NCBI GenBank assembly: GCA_965215195.1
Contig: CBDCDC010000001.1
Coordinates: forward strand, 416,001 to 480,000
Direction: 5' to 3'
From: Candidatus Latescibacterota bacterium
GTDB taxonomy: Bacteria; Latescibacterota; UBA2968; UBA8231
Length of the DNA: 64,000 bases
How positions within the stretch are numbered: the first letter of the stretch is position 1; each line of letters begins with the position of its first letter. The notes beneath the pieces are model-generated. The model saw only the letters and a list, made by a program, of their open reading frames with translations, was not told where the DNA came from and made no database searches. Shown in pieces: positions 49,860 to 60,308 of this stretch. Made by a program: the position numbers and the translations under genes.

Positions 49860-50219
49860 TTACAACGACTCAAAAAACGTAACCCCGTTTCCGTCCAAGT
49901 CGAGAATGGTGAATTCCTTCGTCCCCCAAGGCGCTGCTTGCAGCGAACTGTGCGGGTGAATCACATCTTGGCCCTGATATTCTGCGTAGAGCGGCTCGAT
50001 GTTTTCCACCTCAACGCGGCAGGCGGTTTTTTCAGGGATGCTCTTATCATCGCATAGCCACAGGTGGATCTCGACCGCGCCGCGCCGTACGCCGGCGTAG
50101 TCCTCTGTTTGGAACAGCTCGGTGAACCCCAGCCGCTGGACGTAGAAGGCAACCGCGTTGGCAATGTTTAGTGCGGCCTGTCTGGGAACCGCCGAGCGAA
50201 ATACAGTCTGTGCTGACAT
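49860..50219 (-). CDS. VOC/glyoxalase (bleomycin-resistance-like) protein
   Basis: FY..LGF, PWGTKEF..LDLDGN. Confidence 0.9.
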   Translation of the reverse strand: MSAQTVFRSAVPRQAALNIANAVAFYVQRLGFTELFQTEDYAGVRRGAVEIHLWLCDDKSIPEKTACRVEVENIEPLYAEYQGQDVIHPHSSLQAAPWGTKEFTILDLDGNGVTFFESL

Positions 50220-50234
50220 TGCGTTCTCCTCTGG

Positions 50235-51437
50235 TTAAACAGCTTCCCGCTGATAGTACTCCGCGAGGATCTGGGCCACTTCTGGCCGCGCAAACTCCGG
50301 CGGCAGGGCCTCGCCGGCAGCGAGTTTCTCGCGGACTTGGGTCCCCGACAGGAACAGGTACGCGTCGCCGTCGTGCGGGCAGTCGCGCATCATCACCACC
50401 TCGCTGCATTCCTTGCACCAGACGGTGTGATCGCCGCGGAAAATTTCGATTTCGAGGGCGTCGCCAAGGGCGTCGAAAATGGTCTGCGCGTCAAACGCTC
50501 CGTAGTAATCGCCAACGCCCGCGTGGTCGCGGCCCACGATCAGGTGCGTACAGCCGCTGTTCTGGCGGAAGATGGCGTGCAGCACGGCCTCGCGCGGACC
50601 GGCGTAGAGCATGTCGAAGCCATAGCCGGCGATCATCACCGCGTTTTCCGGGAAGTAGAGCTCGACCATCTTGCGGATGGAAGCGTCGCGCACGTCGGCC
50701 GGGATGTCGCCGGCCTTGAGCTTGCCCAGCAGCATGTGGATGAGGATGCCATCGGCCTCAACGGCCTGCTGCGCCATGCGGCACAACTCTTCGTGGGCGC
50801 GGTGCATGGGGTTGCGGGTCTGGAAGGCCACAACCCGATCCCAACCGCGCTCGGCGATCTCGGCGCGCAACTCGACCGCGGTGCGGAAGGTCGCGGGAAA
50901 GTCCCCGGGGAAGTACGAGAAGTTGAGCACCTCAATGGGCCCGGCGATGAGGGTGTCGCCCGCGGCCTTGAAAGCAGCGACCCCGGGATGGGCGGCGGCG
51001 TCCGTGCCAAAGACTTGGAAAATGATGGCGGCGCACTCCGCATCCGAGAGCGCTTCGACCGCAGTCACTTCCTGTATGGCGAGGGCGGGATTGCCTTCTA
51101 CATTGGGATCCAACAGGGCGATGCGGCTGCCGGGACCGATGTCAGCGGGAACCTGAGCGCCGGGGACCATGTTGACGACCGGGGTGGGCCACAGCAGGCC
51201 ATCGGCCGCGTGCATGTTGGCAGCCACGCTCTTGGCGGCGGTGGCGTCCATAAAACCTGTAAGCGGGGTAAAATACCCCGAGCCGAGCATGACGGCTGAG
51301 GATGCTGCGGCCGAAGAGACGACTACAGAGGGCAGGTTCGCGGCTTCTTTTAGAAGCTGGGTGCGCACTGCATCGTCTTCGACGTAGAGCGGTTTGAGTT
51401 CTTCTGCGCCGTGGGGCTTAATCACAGTATTCTCCAT
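50235..51437 (-). CDS. sat: Sulfate adenylyltransferase
   Basis: FQTRNPMHRAHE, YAGPREA, VGRDHAGVG, SGT.VR. Confidence 0.95.
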   Translation of the reverse strand: MENTVIKPHGAEELKPLYVEDDAVRTQLLKEAANLPSVVVSSAAASSAVMLGSGYFTPLTGFMDATAAKSVAANMHAADGLLWPTPVVNMVPGAQVPADIGPGSRIALLDPNVEGNPALAIQEVTAVEALSDAECAAIIFQVFGTDAAAHPGVAAFKAAGDTLIAGPIEVLNFSYFPGDFPATFRTAVELRAEIAERGWDRVVAFQTRNPMHRAHEELCRMAQQAVEADGILIHMLLGKLKAGDIPADVRDASIRKMVELYFPENAVMIAGYGFDMLYAGPREAVLHAIFRQNSGCTHLIVGRDHAGVGDYYGAFDAQTIFDALGDALEIEIFRGDHTVWCKECSEVVMMRDCPHDGDAYLFLSGTQVREKLAAGEALPPEFARPEVAQILAEYYQREAV

Positions 51438-51449
51438 TGGTTAGTGCGT

Positions 51450-52313
51450 TTAATGCACGGGAATGCCGGCTTCGGCAAGGATGCGGTGGACATTGGCGGC
51501 GGCTGTGGGGTATTGCTCGTTGGGCAAGTGTTCGAGGAGCATGTAGCCGTCGGGATGGGCGTCGTGCCACAACTTGAGCGCGGTGGCGAGGTCGAGTTCG
51601 CCATCGCCGGGCACCTCCTCGTCGATGTGGAGCACCAAGCCATTGGACAGCTTGATATCCTTGCAATGCCCGACAGCGGAGATGGGGTTCATAATCGCAA
51701 ATATGTGCTGCAAGCGCTCGGTGCTGTGGTACACTTGGTGCAAACTCTGGAAATGGTTGACGTAATCCATGACCACGGTCATGCGCTCGGAGCCAACGGC
51801 TTGCAACACGTCGCGGTTTACTTCTGGCGACCCCATGATGGTGAGCAGATGCGTCTCAATGACCACGGTGACCGCTTCGGACTCGGCTTTGGCGGCCACG
51901 CGCTTGAGGGTTTCGACGAGCAGGCCGCGCGCTTCGGGCGTGAGATTGCGCCGAGACGGAGCGTACGAACCGGCTGGGTTGAGGCTGCCGGTGCGGATTA
52001 GGCAGGTGTGGGCCGCCAAGTCGCGGGCAACTTCAATGCCGCGCTCAATTTTGCCTGCTACCTCGTCGCGCACCGCAGGGCTGGGATCGAACAGGCACTC
52101 GGCAAAGCCAATGCCGAACTGGGGCAGGTCCATGCCCGCGGCCGCAATGGTATCGCGCACCTTGTGGCACTCTGCGGCGGTGACGGCAAACAGCTTTTCC
52201 CCGGGGGCGTGAAAGGCCGCGCCCGTGAGATTGAGCGCCTTGATCGCCGCTAGGTGTTGGTCGCTGATTGCGCGAAAGTCTGGGGGCAACATGCCGACGA
52301 CGCCGAGCCGCAT
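51450..52313 (-). CDS. Sugar phosphate isomerase/epimerase (TIM barrel)
   Basis: IETH, MDYVN, HCKD, PGDGELD, LEH; RBS AAGGAG. Confidence 0.85.
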   Translation of the reverse strand: MRLGVVGMLPPDFRAISDQHLAAIKALNLTGAAFHAPGEKLFAVTAAECHKVRDTIAAAGMDLPQFGIGFAECLFDPSPAVRDEVAGKIERGIEVARDLAAHTCLIRTGSLNPAGSYAPSRRNLTPEARGLLVETLKRVAAKAESEAVTVVIETHLLTIMGSPEVNRDVLQAVGSERMTVVMDYVNHFQSLHQVYHSTERLQHIFAIMNPISAVGHCKDIKLSNGLVLHIDEEVPGDGELDLATALKLWHDAHPDGYMLLEHLPNEQYPTAAANVHRILAEAGIPVH

Positions 52314-52473
52314 GGTAAAAACTCCTTGTTGAAATTGTAGTGGACCGCGGTTGAAGTGCCTGCAAAAACTGACCAATGGTATAAGCAACGTCAACACGCG
52401 AGGCGTTTGCCGAACCGGGGCGGGGGGCCTACTATTTGATGCTTTGGCCACTCCAACCACCGCCCGACGAACC

Positions 52474-53274
52474 ATGACCTTCGCCCTTTCGTTTATCACC
52501 GCCCTCGTCTCCGGGCTCTACACCTGCCTGTGGGGCGCGTTCAAAGACGCTCCGTATGAGGGCTTCAAGCCCAAGACCTTTCCGCGCAGCATGTACTTCC
52601 ACGTGGCGATCTTTCTGCCGCTGTACTTCATCCCGTATTTCAGCGCGTCATTCCAGCAGCTCGGCCACGTGCAAATGTTCTTCCTAATCATGGGCCTAGA
52701 GCGCTTCCTCGCCGAAATCTACAAGGGCTTCTTCCGCACCGAAGACCAGCAAAAGTACTTCGTTCCCTCGCGCATTACCTTCTTTGGCCGCCCGGTCACC
52801 AGCGACCTCCTGCGCTATGGCGCAGGGGGCCTAATCGTCGCCATTGTCTTCGCCTTCCTGCTCGTGGCCGCGCCCGTCGAGAGCTTCTGGGCCTATCTGG
52901 CGACCGGGTATTGCACCGGGCTGCTGGTGGCCTTGGGGGGTGCTTACAAAGACGCGCCCTTCGAGGGATTCAAGTGGCTCAAGTTCCAGCGCTCCGGGGT
53001 CGTCTTGGCCGCCTTGAGTCCGCTGTTTTACTGGCTCGGCGACCCGCAACACCCGGTCGGGCTGGGTTTTCTCATCTACATGAACGGCGGGCTAGAGCGC
53101 TTCACCGTCGAGTACTACAAGACGTACATCCAGCGCAATATGTCCGGGAAATTCCAACCCAACCTGCCCCGAATCCAGCGCGAGTTGGACACCCGCGAGA
53201 AGTTCCACTACGCGGCTTTGGCGATCATCGCCGGGCTGGCCGCGCTCTACGCCCATGAACGCGGCGCACTATGA
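52474..53274 (+). CDS. Hypothetical membrane protein with internal duplication
   Basis: GAFKDAPYEGF..FPRS..GLERFLAEIYK / GAYKDAPFEGF..FQRS..GLERFTVEYYK. Confidence 0.7.
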   Translation: MTFALSFITALVSGLYTCLWGAFKDAPYEGFKPKTFPRSMYFHVAIFLPLYFIPYFSASFQQLGHVQMFFLIMGLERFLAEIYKGFFRTEDQQKYFVPSRITFFGRPVTSDLLRYGAGGLIVAIVFAFLLVAAPVESFWAYLATGYCTGLLVALGGAYKDAPFEGFKWLKFQRSGVVLAALSPLFYWLGDPQHPVGLGFLIYMNGGLERFTVEYYKTYIQRNMSGKFQPNLPRIQRELDTREKFHYAALAIIAGLAALYAHERGAL

Positions 53275-54742
53275 CGCCGTGGTAATCGGCTCCGGGTTCG
53301 GCGGCTCGCTGGTGGCCCACGCGCTGGTGCAAGCCGGGCTAAAGACCGCGCTGCTGGAGCGGGGCCAATGGGCCAAGCGCGACGACGCGGACTGGGATCA
53401 GCGCACCATCCTGCTGCAAAAGCGCTACCGCACGGGCTCGCCCCTTTTGGTCAAGCAGTACGGACGCCGCACCTTCCAGCGCATCTATCCCAACGAAGTG
53501 GTCGGCGGCAACTCGGTCTTTTACGGCGGGGCGTCGCTGCGGCTGCGGCCAGCGGATTTTGCCCGCTGGCCCTTGTCCTATGCAGACCTAGCGCCGTACT
53601 ACGCCCGCGCCGAGCAGCTCCTCGGGGTACACGGCGAGGTAGATACCGATCCGTACCAGCCCCCGGGGCTGGATGCCTATCCGCGCCGCGCCGTTGAGCT
53701 GAGTGCGCCGGCCCGGCGCATTTACCAAGCTGGGACGGCCCTCGGGCTGCGGCCGTTCAAAATTCCGCTGGCGATCAACTTTTCCGACCGCACCCGGCCC
53801 CTCTGCCTGCGCTGCATCACCTGCGACGGATTCCCTTGCAAGGTGGAGGCCAAAAACGACATGGCTTCCACCGTGCTGGCCGCGGCCGCGGCGGCCGGGC
53901 TAGAGATCGTCGTCGGGGCGGTGGTGCGGCGGCTGGTGCAACGGGGCGGGCGCGTTGAGCAGGTCGAATACGTCGATAGCGCGTCCCGGCAAGCCCACGC
54001 GCTCTCGGCCGACTTGGTGGTCTTGGCCGCCGGAGCACTCAACAGCCCGGCCCTGATGCTGCGCTCGGGATTCGATCACCCCCTGATTGGGCGCTTTCTC
54101 ATGCGCCACTGCAACGGGGTTGTCTGTTGCGTCTTTCCCTTTCGCACCAACCCGCAACAGGTCTTCCACAAACAGCTTTGCTTTTCCGACTTCTACGAAG
54201 ACCTGCGCGCGGAATTGGGCACGGCCGTGGGCGTCATCCAAGACATCTACACGCCAGCGTCCCCCATCATCCGGCACCACACCCCTTGGGGCTTCAAGAC
54301 CCTCGCCGGGCTGCTGGCCAGCCGCATGCAGAGCTTGCTCTGCATTGCCGAGGACGATTCGCGCCGCGAAAACCGCGTGTCCTTGGCCGGCGAGCAGGAC
54401 GTCTTTGGCATGGAACTGGTGCAGGTAGAGCACGCCTATAGCAACGCCGACTGTCGCCGCCGCGATTACCTGCTGGCCCAAGCAGAGGCCGTGTTGCGCC
54501 AAGCGGGCGGCCTGCTGCGCTACCGCTACTTGATCGATTCCTTCTCGCATGCCGTGGGGACCCTGCGCTGCGCCACCGCACCCGAAGACGGCGTCCTCGA
54601 CGTGGATTGCCGCTACTGGGGCAGCGAAAATGTTTACGTGTCCGACGGCAGCTTCATGCCCGCTTCGGGCGGGGTAAATCCGAGTTTGACGATCGCCGCC
54701 AACGCCCTGCGGGTGGCCGAGCGGATATTGGAGAAGCGATGA
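53255..54742 (+). CDS. GMC-family oxidoreductase
   Basis: GSGFGG, VGGNS, CxxCxxCxxxxC, HAVGT, DGS.MP, NPSLTI.A. Confidence 0.9.
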   Translation: MNAAHYDAVVIGSGFGGSLVAHALVQAGLKTALLERGQWAKRDDADWDQRTILLQKRYRTGSPLLVKQYGRRTFQRIYPNEVVGGNSVFYGGASLRLRPADFARWPLSYADLAPYYARAEQLLGVHGEVDTDPYQPPGLDAYPRRAVELSAPARRIYQAGTALGLRPFKIPLAINFSDRTRPLCLRCITCDGFPCKVEAKNDMASTVLAAAAAAGLEIVVGAVVRRLVQRGGRVEQVEYVDSASRQAHALSADLVVLAAGALNSPALMLRSGFDHPLIGRFLMRHCNGVVCCVFPFRTNPQQVFHKQLCFSDFYEDLRAELGTAVGVIQDIYTPASPIIRHHTPWGFKTLAGLLASRMQSLLCIAEDDSRRENRVSLAGEQDVFGMELVQVEHAYSNADCRRRDYLLAQAEAVLRQAGGLLRYRYLIDSFSHAVGTLRCATAPEDGVLDVDCRYWGSENVYVSDGSFMPASGGVNPSLTIAANALRVAERILEKR

Positions 54743-55668
54743 AGAAGGTCTGTATAGTGGGATGCGGCACCATGGGTCGCCGGCACGCGAAAAACCTCGT
54801 CGGCAAGGTTGAGCTGTCCTTTCACAGCCGCACGCGGGCCAGCGCTGAAGCCCTCAGCCGCCAATGCGGTGGGGGGCCGGTTTTCGCATCGTACGCCGAA
54901 GTTCTCGACAGCGCGGTGGATGGGGTGCTGATCAGCTCGCCGCCGGACGCCCATCGGCCCCAAGTCGTCGCAGCACTGGCGGCCGGCAAGGGGGTGCTGG
55001 TGGAAAAGCCGTTGTGCGCCACAGAAGGCGATTTGGCGGCCATTGATGCGGCCGCCCATCCAGACGCCCTGCTGATGATCGCGGAAAACTACTACTACAA
55101 GCCCTTGCTCAAGCGGCTCAAGTGGATCATCCGACAGGGCTTTATCGGCCAAGTGCGGCAGGCGACTATTGGCAAGCGTTTTACCCAGCAGGCCGCGGGA
55201 TGGAAAAGCAGCTATGGTGCGCTGATAGAGGGCGGGATCCACTTCGTGGCCCTCGGAGCGGACCTTTTCGCCGACGCGCCTCGGCAGGTGACGGCAGAGT
55301 TTCCCGGGCAGCGGGCGGGCGAGCCGGAGCGGAATTCGGTCGTGCGAGTCGAGTACGCCTCCGGGGCCGAGCTGGTGTTACGCTATGCTTGGAACGCCTT
55401 CAGCCTGGCCAAGGGCACCTTTCAGCACGCGCGGATTGTGGGGACCGCGGGACGGATCGTCTTCGAATGCAATGGGCTATACGTGCGTTTGCGGGGGCGG
55501 CGGAAGCGGCTCTACTTTCCGGGCGTGGGGGACTTGATGGGCTACAAGGGCATGATGCGGGACTTTTTGCAGTGTTTGCAGGACCCGGGGCGGCAGCCGT
55601 ATTCGGACTTGGCGCGAGCGGAACGGGATTTGGGGATTGTGTTTGCAGCGTATAAAGGATTGAAATGA
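54739..55668 (+). CDS. Gfo/Idh/MocA oxidoreductase
   Basis: ATGA-coupled start; GCGTMG, VEKP, GGIH. Confidence 0.9.
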   Translation: MKKVCIVGCGTMGRRHAKNLVGKVELSFHSRTRASAEALSRQCGGGPVFASYAEVLDSAVDGVLISSPPDAHRPQVVAALAAGKGVLVEKPLCATEGDLAAIDAAAHPDALLMIAENYYYKPLLKRLKWIIRQGFIGQVRQATIGKRFTQQAAGWKSSYGALIEGGIHFVALGADLFADAPRQVTAEFPGQRAGEPERNSVVRVEYASGAELVLRYAWNAFSLAKGTFQHARIVGTAGRIVFECNGLYVRLRGRRKRLYFPGVGDLMGYKGMMRDFLQCLQDPGRQPYSDLARAERDLGIVFAAYKGLK

Positions 55669-55669
55669 C

Positions 55670-57352
55670 ATGAGCGACGCGGAAAAGATCATCTATTCGA
55701 TGTACAAGGTGAGCAAGCACTACAACCGTAAGGTGATCCTCGCCGACATTTCACTGTCGTATTTCTACGGGGCCAAGATCGGGGTGTTGGGCTTGAATGG
55801 GTCCGGGAAGAGCACCTTGCTGCGGATTATGGCCGGCATCGACGCTGAATACGAGGGGACCATTCGCGTCCAGTCGGGGTTTACGGTGGGGTACTTGGAG
55901 CAGGAGCCCGAGCTGGAGAAGGGGAAGACGGTCAAGGAGATCGTCGAGGAGGGCGTACAGGAAACAGTGGATTTGCTGCGCGAGTACGAGGACATCAACG
56001 CCCAGTTCGCCGAACCCATGGACGACGACGCCATGAACGCCCTGATCGAGCGGCAGGCTACGGTGGCCGAACAGCTCGACGCGGCCGGGGCTTGGGATTT
56101 GGACAGTCGGCTGGATATGGCCATGGACGCGCTGCGCTGTCCGCCCGAAGACCAAGAGGTCTCTACGCTTTCGGGCGGCGAGCAGCGGCGGGTGGCGCTG
56201 TGTCGGTTGTTGCTCCGCCAGCCGGATATTTTGCTCCTCGACGAGCCGACCAACCACCTCGACGCCGAAACAGTGGCGTGGCTGGAGGGGCATTTGCATC
56301 AGTACCAAGGGACGGTGATCGCCGTCACCCACGACCGGTATTTTCTCGACAATGTGGCGGGCTGGATTCTGGAGCTGGACCAAGGGCGCGGCGTACCGTG
56401 GAAGGGGAATTACTCGTCGTGGCTAGAGCAGAAAAAGGAGCGCCTGCGGCTGGAAGAAAAGAGCGAAAGCGAAAGACAGCGGACGTTAGAGCGCGAGCTG
56501 GAGTGGATCCGCATGACGCCGAGGGCCAAGCAGCAGAAGAGCAAGGCTCGGATCAGGGCCTACGAGGAATTGCTAAACCAAGATCGAGTGCGGCGCAACG
56601 AGTCGATGCAGATCTACATTCCGCCGGGGCCGCGGCTGGGCGATATTGCCATTGAGGCTAAGGGTGTGCGCAAGCGCTACGGCGAGCGCATCCTCTTCGA
56701 GAACATGGATTTTGCGCTGCCCTCGGGCGGGATCGTCGGGGTCATCGGACCCAACGGCGCGGGCAAGACGACCCTGTTCCGGCTGATTACCGGCCAAGAG
56801 AGCACCGACAGCGGCCAGCTCCGCATCGGCGAGACCGTGCGGCTGGGGTATGTAGATCAGAGCCGGGAAACTTTGGTGGGAGAAAACACCGTCTGGCAGG
56901 AGGTCTCGGGCGGCGAGGAAGAGATGGAGCTGGGCGAGCGCAAGGTGAATTCGCGGGCGTACCTCGCGCGCTTCAACTTCCTCGGTGCCGACCAGCAGCA
57001 GAAGGTGGGTACGCTCTCGGGCGGGCAGCGCAATCGGGTGCATCTGGCCAAGGTGCTCAAGGAGCAGGCCAATGTATTCCTGCTCGACGAGCCGACCAAC
57101 GACCTAGACGTGCATACGCTACGCGCACTGGAGGAGGGGTTGGAAAACTTCGCCGGCTGCGCGGTGGTCATCAGCCACGACCGGTGGTTTTTGGACCGCA
57201 TCGCCACGCATATTCTGGCGTTTGAAGGCGACAGCCAAGTCTATTGGTTCGAGGGCAACTTCTCGGAATACGAGGAAAACAAGAAGGCCCGGCTAGGCGA
57301 GGATTCGGTCGTCCCTCGGCGGGTCCACTACCGCCACTTGACGCGGGATTAA
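55670..57352 (+). CDS. ettA: Energy-dependent translational throttle ABC-F protein
   Basis: IYSM..VSK, GAKIGVLGLNGSGKS, ELEW.R, IPPGPRLG, THILAFEG. Confidence 0.95.
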   Translation: MSDAEKIIYSMYKVSKHYNRKVILADISLSYFYGAKIGVLGLNGSGKSTLLRIMAGIDAEYEGTIRVQSGFTVGYLEQEPELEKGKTVKEIVEEGVQETVDLLREYEDINAQFAEPMDDDAMNALIERQATVAEQLDAAGAWDLDSRLDMAMDALRCPPEDQEVSTLSGGEQRRVALCRLLLRQPDILLLDEPTNHLDAETVAWLEGHLHQYQGTVIAVTHDRYFLDNVAGWILELDQGRGVPWKGNYSSWLEQKKERLRLEEKSESERQRTLERELEWIRMTPRAKQQKSKARIRAYEELLNQDRVRRNESMQIYIPPGPRLGDIAIEAKGVRKRYGERILFENMDFALPSGGIVGVIGPNGAGKTTLFRLITGQESTDSGQLRIGETVRLGYVDQSRETLVGENTVWQEVSGGEEEMELGERKVNSRAYLARFNFLGADQQQKVGTLSGGQRNRVHLAKVLKEQANVFLLDEPTNDLDVHTLRALEEGLENFAGCAVVISHDRWFLDRIATHILAFEGDSQVYWFEGNFSEYEENKKARLGEDSVVPRRVHYRHLTRD

Positions 57353-57497
57353 GTTGTGTGGCCATAGGCAATCAATCCGCCGCTGCGGAGATAAGCCTCG
57401 GGCTGGATTGGGGCCGGGTGCATGAACGCACTTCAAATAAAAATCCGCGTCTCATCAGCCATGCGAATAAGTCTCCTGCGATAGCTCTAGCAGCACC

Positions 57498-58610
57498 CTA
57501 GTCGACGACAATCAAATGGATGGTGGCCGCCGCCATGGCCTCCCAGTCCACGGCGAGGCCGAGGCCCGGCCCGGCCGGCGGATATGCGTAGCCATCGGGT
57601 TGGGCGCGGATGACGTCCTGCATCCCGTATTCGTAGGGTTCGCAGGGCACGGACTGCTCGAAATAGGAGCAGTTGTCGCAAGCCAGCATCAGGTGCAGGT
57701 TGGCTGCCGACACTAGGCTGTATCCCCACGACATGATCTCGCATTTCACGCCGGCCGCTGCGGTGAGGGCGATCGCTTTGTTGGCTTGGGTTATTCCGCC
57801 CATCATGGCCACGTCGGTGCGGGCGCGTCCCCACGCCTTTGAATGAAGGGCTTCGGCAAAGGAATGGAGGTCTTGGAACCAGTTGCCGGACGGCAGGATG
57901 GGAATGGTTACCCGGCTCGTCAGCTCCCGGTAGCCGTTGAGGTCCGAGTCGTGCAGCGGCGCCTCAAACCACGTAAAACCCATGGCTTCGAGCGCTTGGG
58001 CCACGCGCAGGGCACCGTCGCGGTCGTAGTTGTTTTCGGCATCGAGCATGAAGGCGACGTCGTTGCCGGGGTACTGCTTGCGGACAGCGCGGGCGAGTTC
58101 GAGGTCCAACTCGGGAATGCACCAGGTGTGGAACTTGATGGCCTTGAAGCCTTGGGCAATGAACTCCGCGGCGTTCTTCAGATAGGATTCGACATCCTCA
58201 AAAAGCGGGGTGCTGGCGTAGGCCGGGATCTTGTCGCGCGCTCCGCCCAACAGCCGGTAGAGCGGCAGCCCCGCCACCTTGCCGGCCAGATCCCACAGGG
58301 CAATGTCGATGGCGGCCAACGACTGGGGCGGCAGCGGAAAGACGCGCGGTCTGATCGCGTGCCAAATCTGCTCTCGCGCGAGCGGGTCCTTGCCCAGCAG
58401 GATGGGGGCTAGGTGGCGGATGGCTTCGGCCGTGTAGCGCTCGAAGTCAAAGGAGGTCGCGTTCCAGACGCCAGCGACTCCCTCGACGCCCGCGTCTGTA
58501 TAGAGCCTGACGACCGTGTTGGTCGAGTACTGGTCCGGCAGATCGTCCGACCAGGTGAAGCGATCGACCGGCGGGGCCACGGTGCGTATTTCGACTTTGG
58601 TGATGTGCAT
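57498..58610 (-). CDS. Mandelate racemase/muconate lactonizing enzyme family
   Basis: DIALWDLAGK, YAS, IKFH, MLD, WFEAPL, GPGLG. Confidence 0.9.
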   Translation of the reverse strand: MHITKVEIRTVAPPVDRFTWSDDLPDQYSTNTVVRLYTDAGVEGVAGVWNATSFDFERYTAEAIRHLAPILLGKDPLAREQIWHAIRPRVFPLPPQSLAAIDIALWDLAGKVAGLPLYRLLGGARDKIPAYASTPLFEDVESYLKNAAEFIAQGFKAIKFHTWCIPELDLELARAVRKQYPGNDVAFMLDAENNYDRDGALRVAQALEAMGFTWFEAPLHDSDLNGYRELTSRVTIPILPSGNWFQDLHSFAEALHSKAWGRARTDVAMMGGITQANKAIALTAAAGVKCEIMSWGYSLVSAANLHLMLACDNCSYFEQSVPCEPYEYGMQDVIRAQPDGYAYPPAGPGLGLAVDWEAMAAATIHLIVVD

Positions 58611-58634
58611 GGAAGACCTTTCGTGGAAACGAAT

Positions 58635-60308
58635 TTACAAGGCAGGTTCGGATGCGAGATGCTCGGGGTATATTTCAATGTGCTCGGCGTACTGTTGCCG
58701 CAGTTGGCTCAGAAACGCTTCAAAGCGCTCCTCAATGCGCTGACCATTGGCCGCTCGCACCATCTTTTCTACGGTTTGTTGAACCTCGGGATGGGCAAAG
58801 GGGCGCAGTCGGGCCGGGCGTTGTTCCAGCGTGCGAAACACGATGTATCCCGGCCAGATTTTTTCTCGCGGCTGAAAATGCACCAAGAAAGGCCCACCGA
58901 CTTTTCCCACCGGAGTTTTGCGGACGGCCGCCAGCACTTCCGACATGGTGTGCGGGGAGTGGGCGTGTTGCGCGTCTTCCTCGCGGTGGATGTGGTAGAT
59001 GTTATAGTGGAACCAAGCGTTGTGAAAGCGCGGATAAGCCTGAGCGAGGGTCCACATGTCGGCACCTTGGCGCACTTTTTCGGCAACGTCGAGTGCATCG
59101 GCTTCGCGTTGGAGCAGGATGGCTTCATAGATGAGCAGATCGGGATCGGTAAACCAAGCTAGATGCTCCTCGTAATAGGTCCGCATAGCCGCTTCGTCGA
59201 CAATCAGTGCTTCGGCCTCTAGGCGGCGCAGCTCTTCGATCATTAATACCGCACGGCGGTTTTCCAGATAGTGCTGCATCTCGTCGTCGGCGGCTAGTCC
59301 GGCCTGCTGGGCAGCTAGCGGCAGGAGCACGGAATCTACGGCCGTGCGTCTGGCGTACCGAGCAATACTCGCGGTATCTACGGTTACGGGACGCCGCTGA
59401 GGTGAGGTCGCCACGAGCCATTTTAGGTACTGCCCAAGCGCGACCTGCCCTTCTTCGTAGAGCATTAACGGCCTTGTTAATTGCTCGTCTCGGTTGAACT
59501 CGGGTATGCCGTGAGAGGCGGTTTTGCCCAGCTTGACTAGCTGCAACGAGGTTTCTTCGACTAGCTGTAAATTGAATTGTTTTCTGATGTTGGCGCGAAA
59601 TTCCGCCGTGCGCGCGGCAAGGCGATCCGCGTAGAGCCGGTCTTTGATCCTCTTTTTTACGGACCCATAGGGCAGGGGGCGGGCGTCCTCCACGCGCACG
59701 ATGTGGAAGTAGCCCTCTCGGCCTTGAAAGGGCGCAGACAGCTCGCCCGGCTGCATGGAGAAGAGCACCTTGCTGACCGGGCCGATCATCAAGGACTCGT
59801 CCCAGTAGCCCAAATCGCCTCCTTTATCAGCGGTCTGCCGCTCCATAGAAAAACGACGGGCCAACTCGGGGAAATTTTCACCGTCTAGGAGTGCTTGGTA
59901 GAGCGTTTGCGCTTCTGCGGCTGTCTTCACCGCGATATGCCGCCCCCGCACCTCGCGCTTGGTGGGCAAGTCGCTGTCTTCGTAATAGGCCCTGATCTCT
60001 TCGTCCGAGACCGTTACGCGGCTTGTAACTTCCCTTTCGATGAGGCGTTCTACGGCCCGTTGGCGGCGCACGTGCTCCAAGCCGGCTAAGACCCGGGTGC
60101 TCTTGTCCAGTTCCCTATTCCTAGCTTCGAGAAACAGCAACTCGCGATTGATGAGGGTCTCTAGGACCTCTCGCTTTGATTCTTTTTGCTCCAGCTTGTC
60201 CCAAGCCCGCTCTACCTGATCGAGCGTGACGGTGCGCTCGGCGATGCGCGCTGCCACAGAATGGTTCTCGGCGCATCCCAAGAGGAGGACTACTAGCGCT
60301 ATAGCCAC
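58635..60308 (-). CDS. Large PpiC/parvulin-type foldase lipoprotein (second copy)
   Basis: Lipobox LLGC; RHIAVKT..AQ..L..GENF.ELARRFS..GGDLG, FHIVRV; second rotamase-like domain; start uncertain. Confidence 0.85.
   Translation of the reverse strand: MAIALVVLLLGCAENHSVAARIAERTVTLDQVERAWDKLEQKESKREVLETLINRELLFLEARNRELDKSTRVLAGLEHVRRQRAVERLIEREVTSRVTVSDEEIRAYYEDSDLPTKREVRGRHIAVKTAAEAQTLYQALLDGENFPELARRFSMERQTADKGGDLGYWDESLMIGPVSKVLFSMQPGELSAPFQGREGYFHIVRVEDARPLPYGSVKKRIKDRLYADRLAARTAEFRANIRKQFNLQLVEETSLQLVKLGKTASHGIPEFNRDEQLTRPLMLYEEGQVALGQYLKWLVATSPQRRPVTVDTASIARYARRTAVDSVLLPLAAQQAGLAADDEMQHYLENRRAVLMIEELRRLEAEALIVDEAAMRTYYEEHLAWFTDPDLLIYEAILLQREADALDVAEKVRQGADMWTLAQAYPRFHNAWFHYNIYHIHREEDAQHAHSPHTMSEVLAAVRKTPVGKVGGPFLVHFQPREKIWPGYIVFRTLEQRPARLRPFAHPEVQQTVEKMVRAANGQRIEERFEAFLSQLRQQYAEHIEIYPEHLASEPAL

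Noticed and set aside
57353-57497. Intergenic stretch with weak hairpins
   Set aside because: No convincing stem, repeat or RNA-gene signature.
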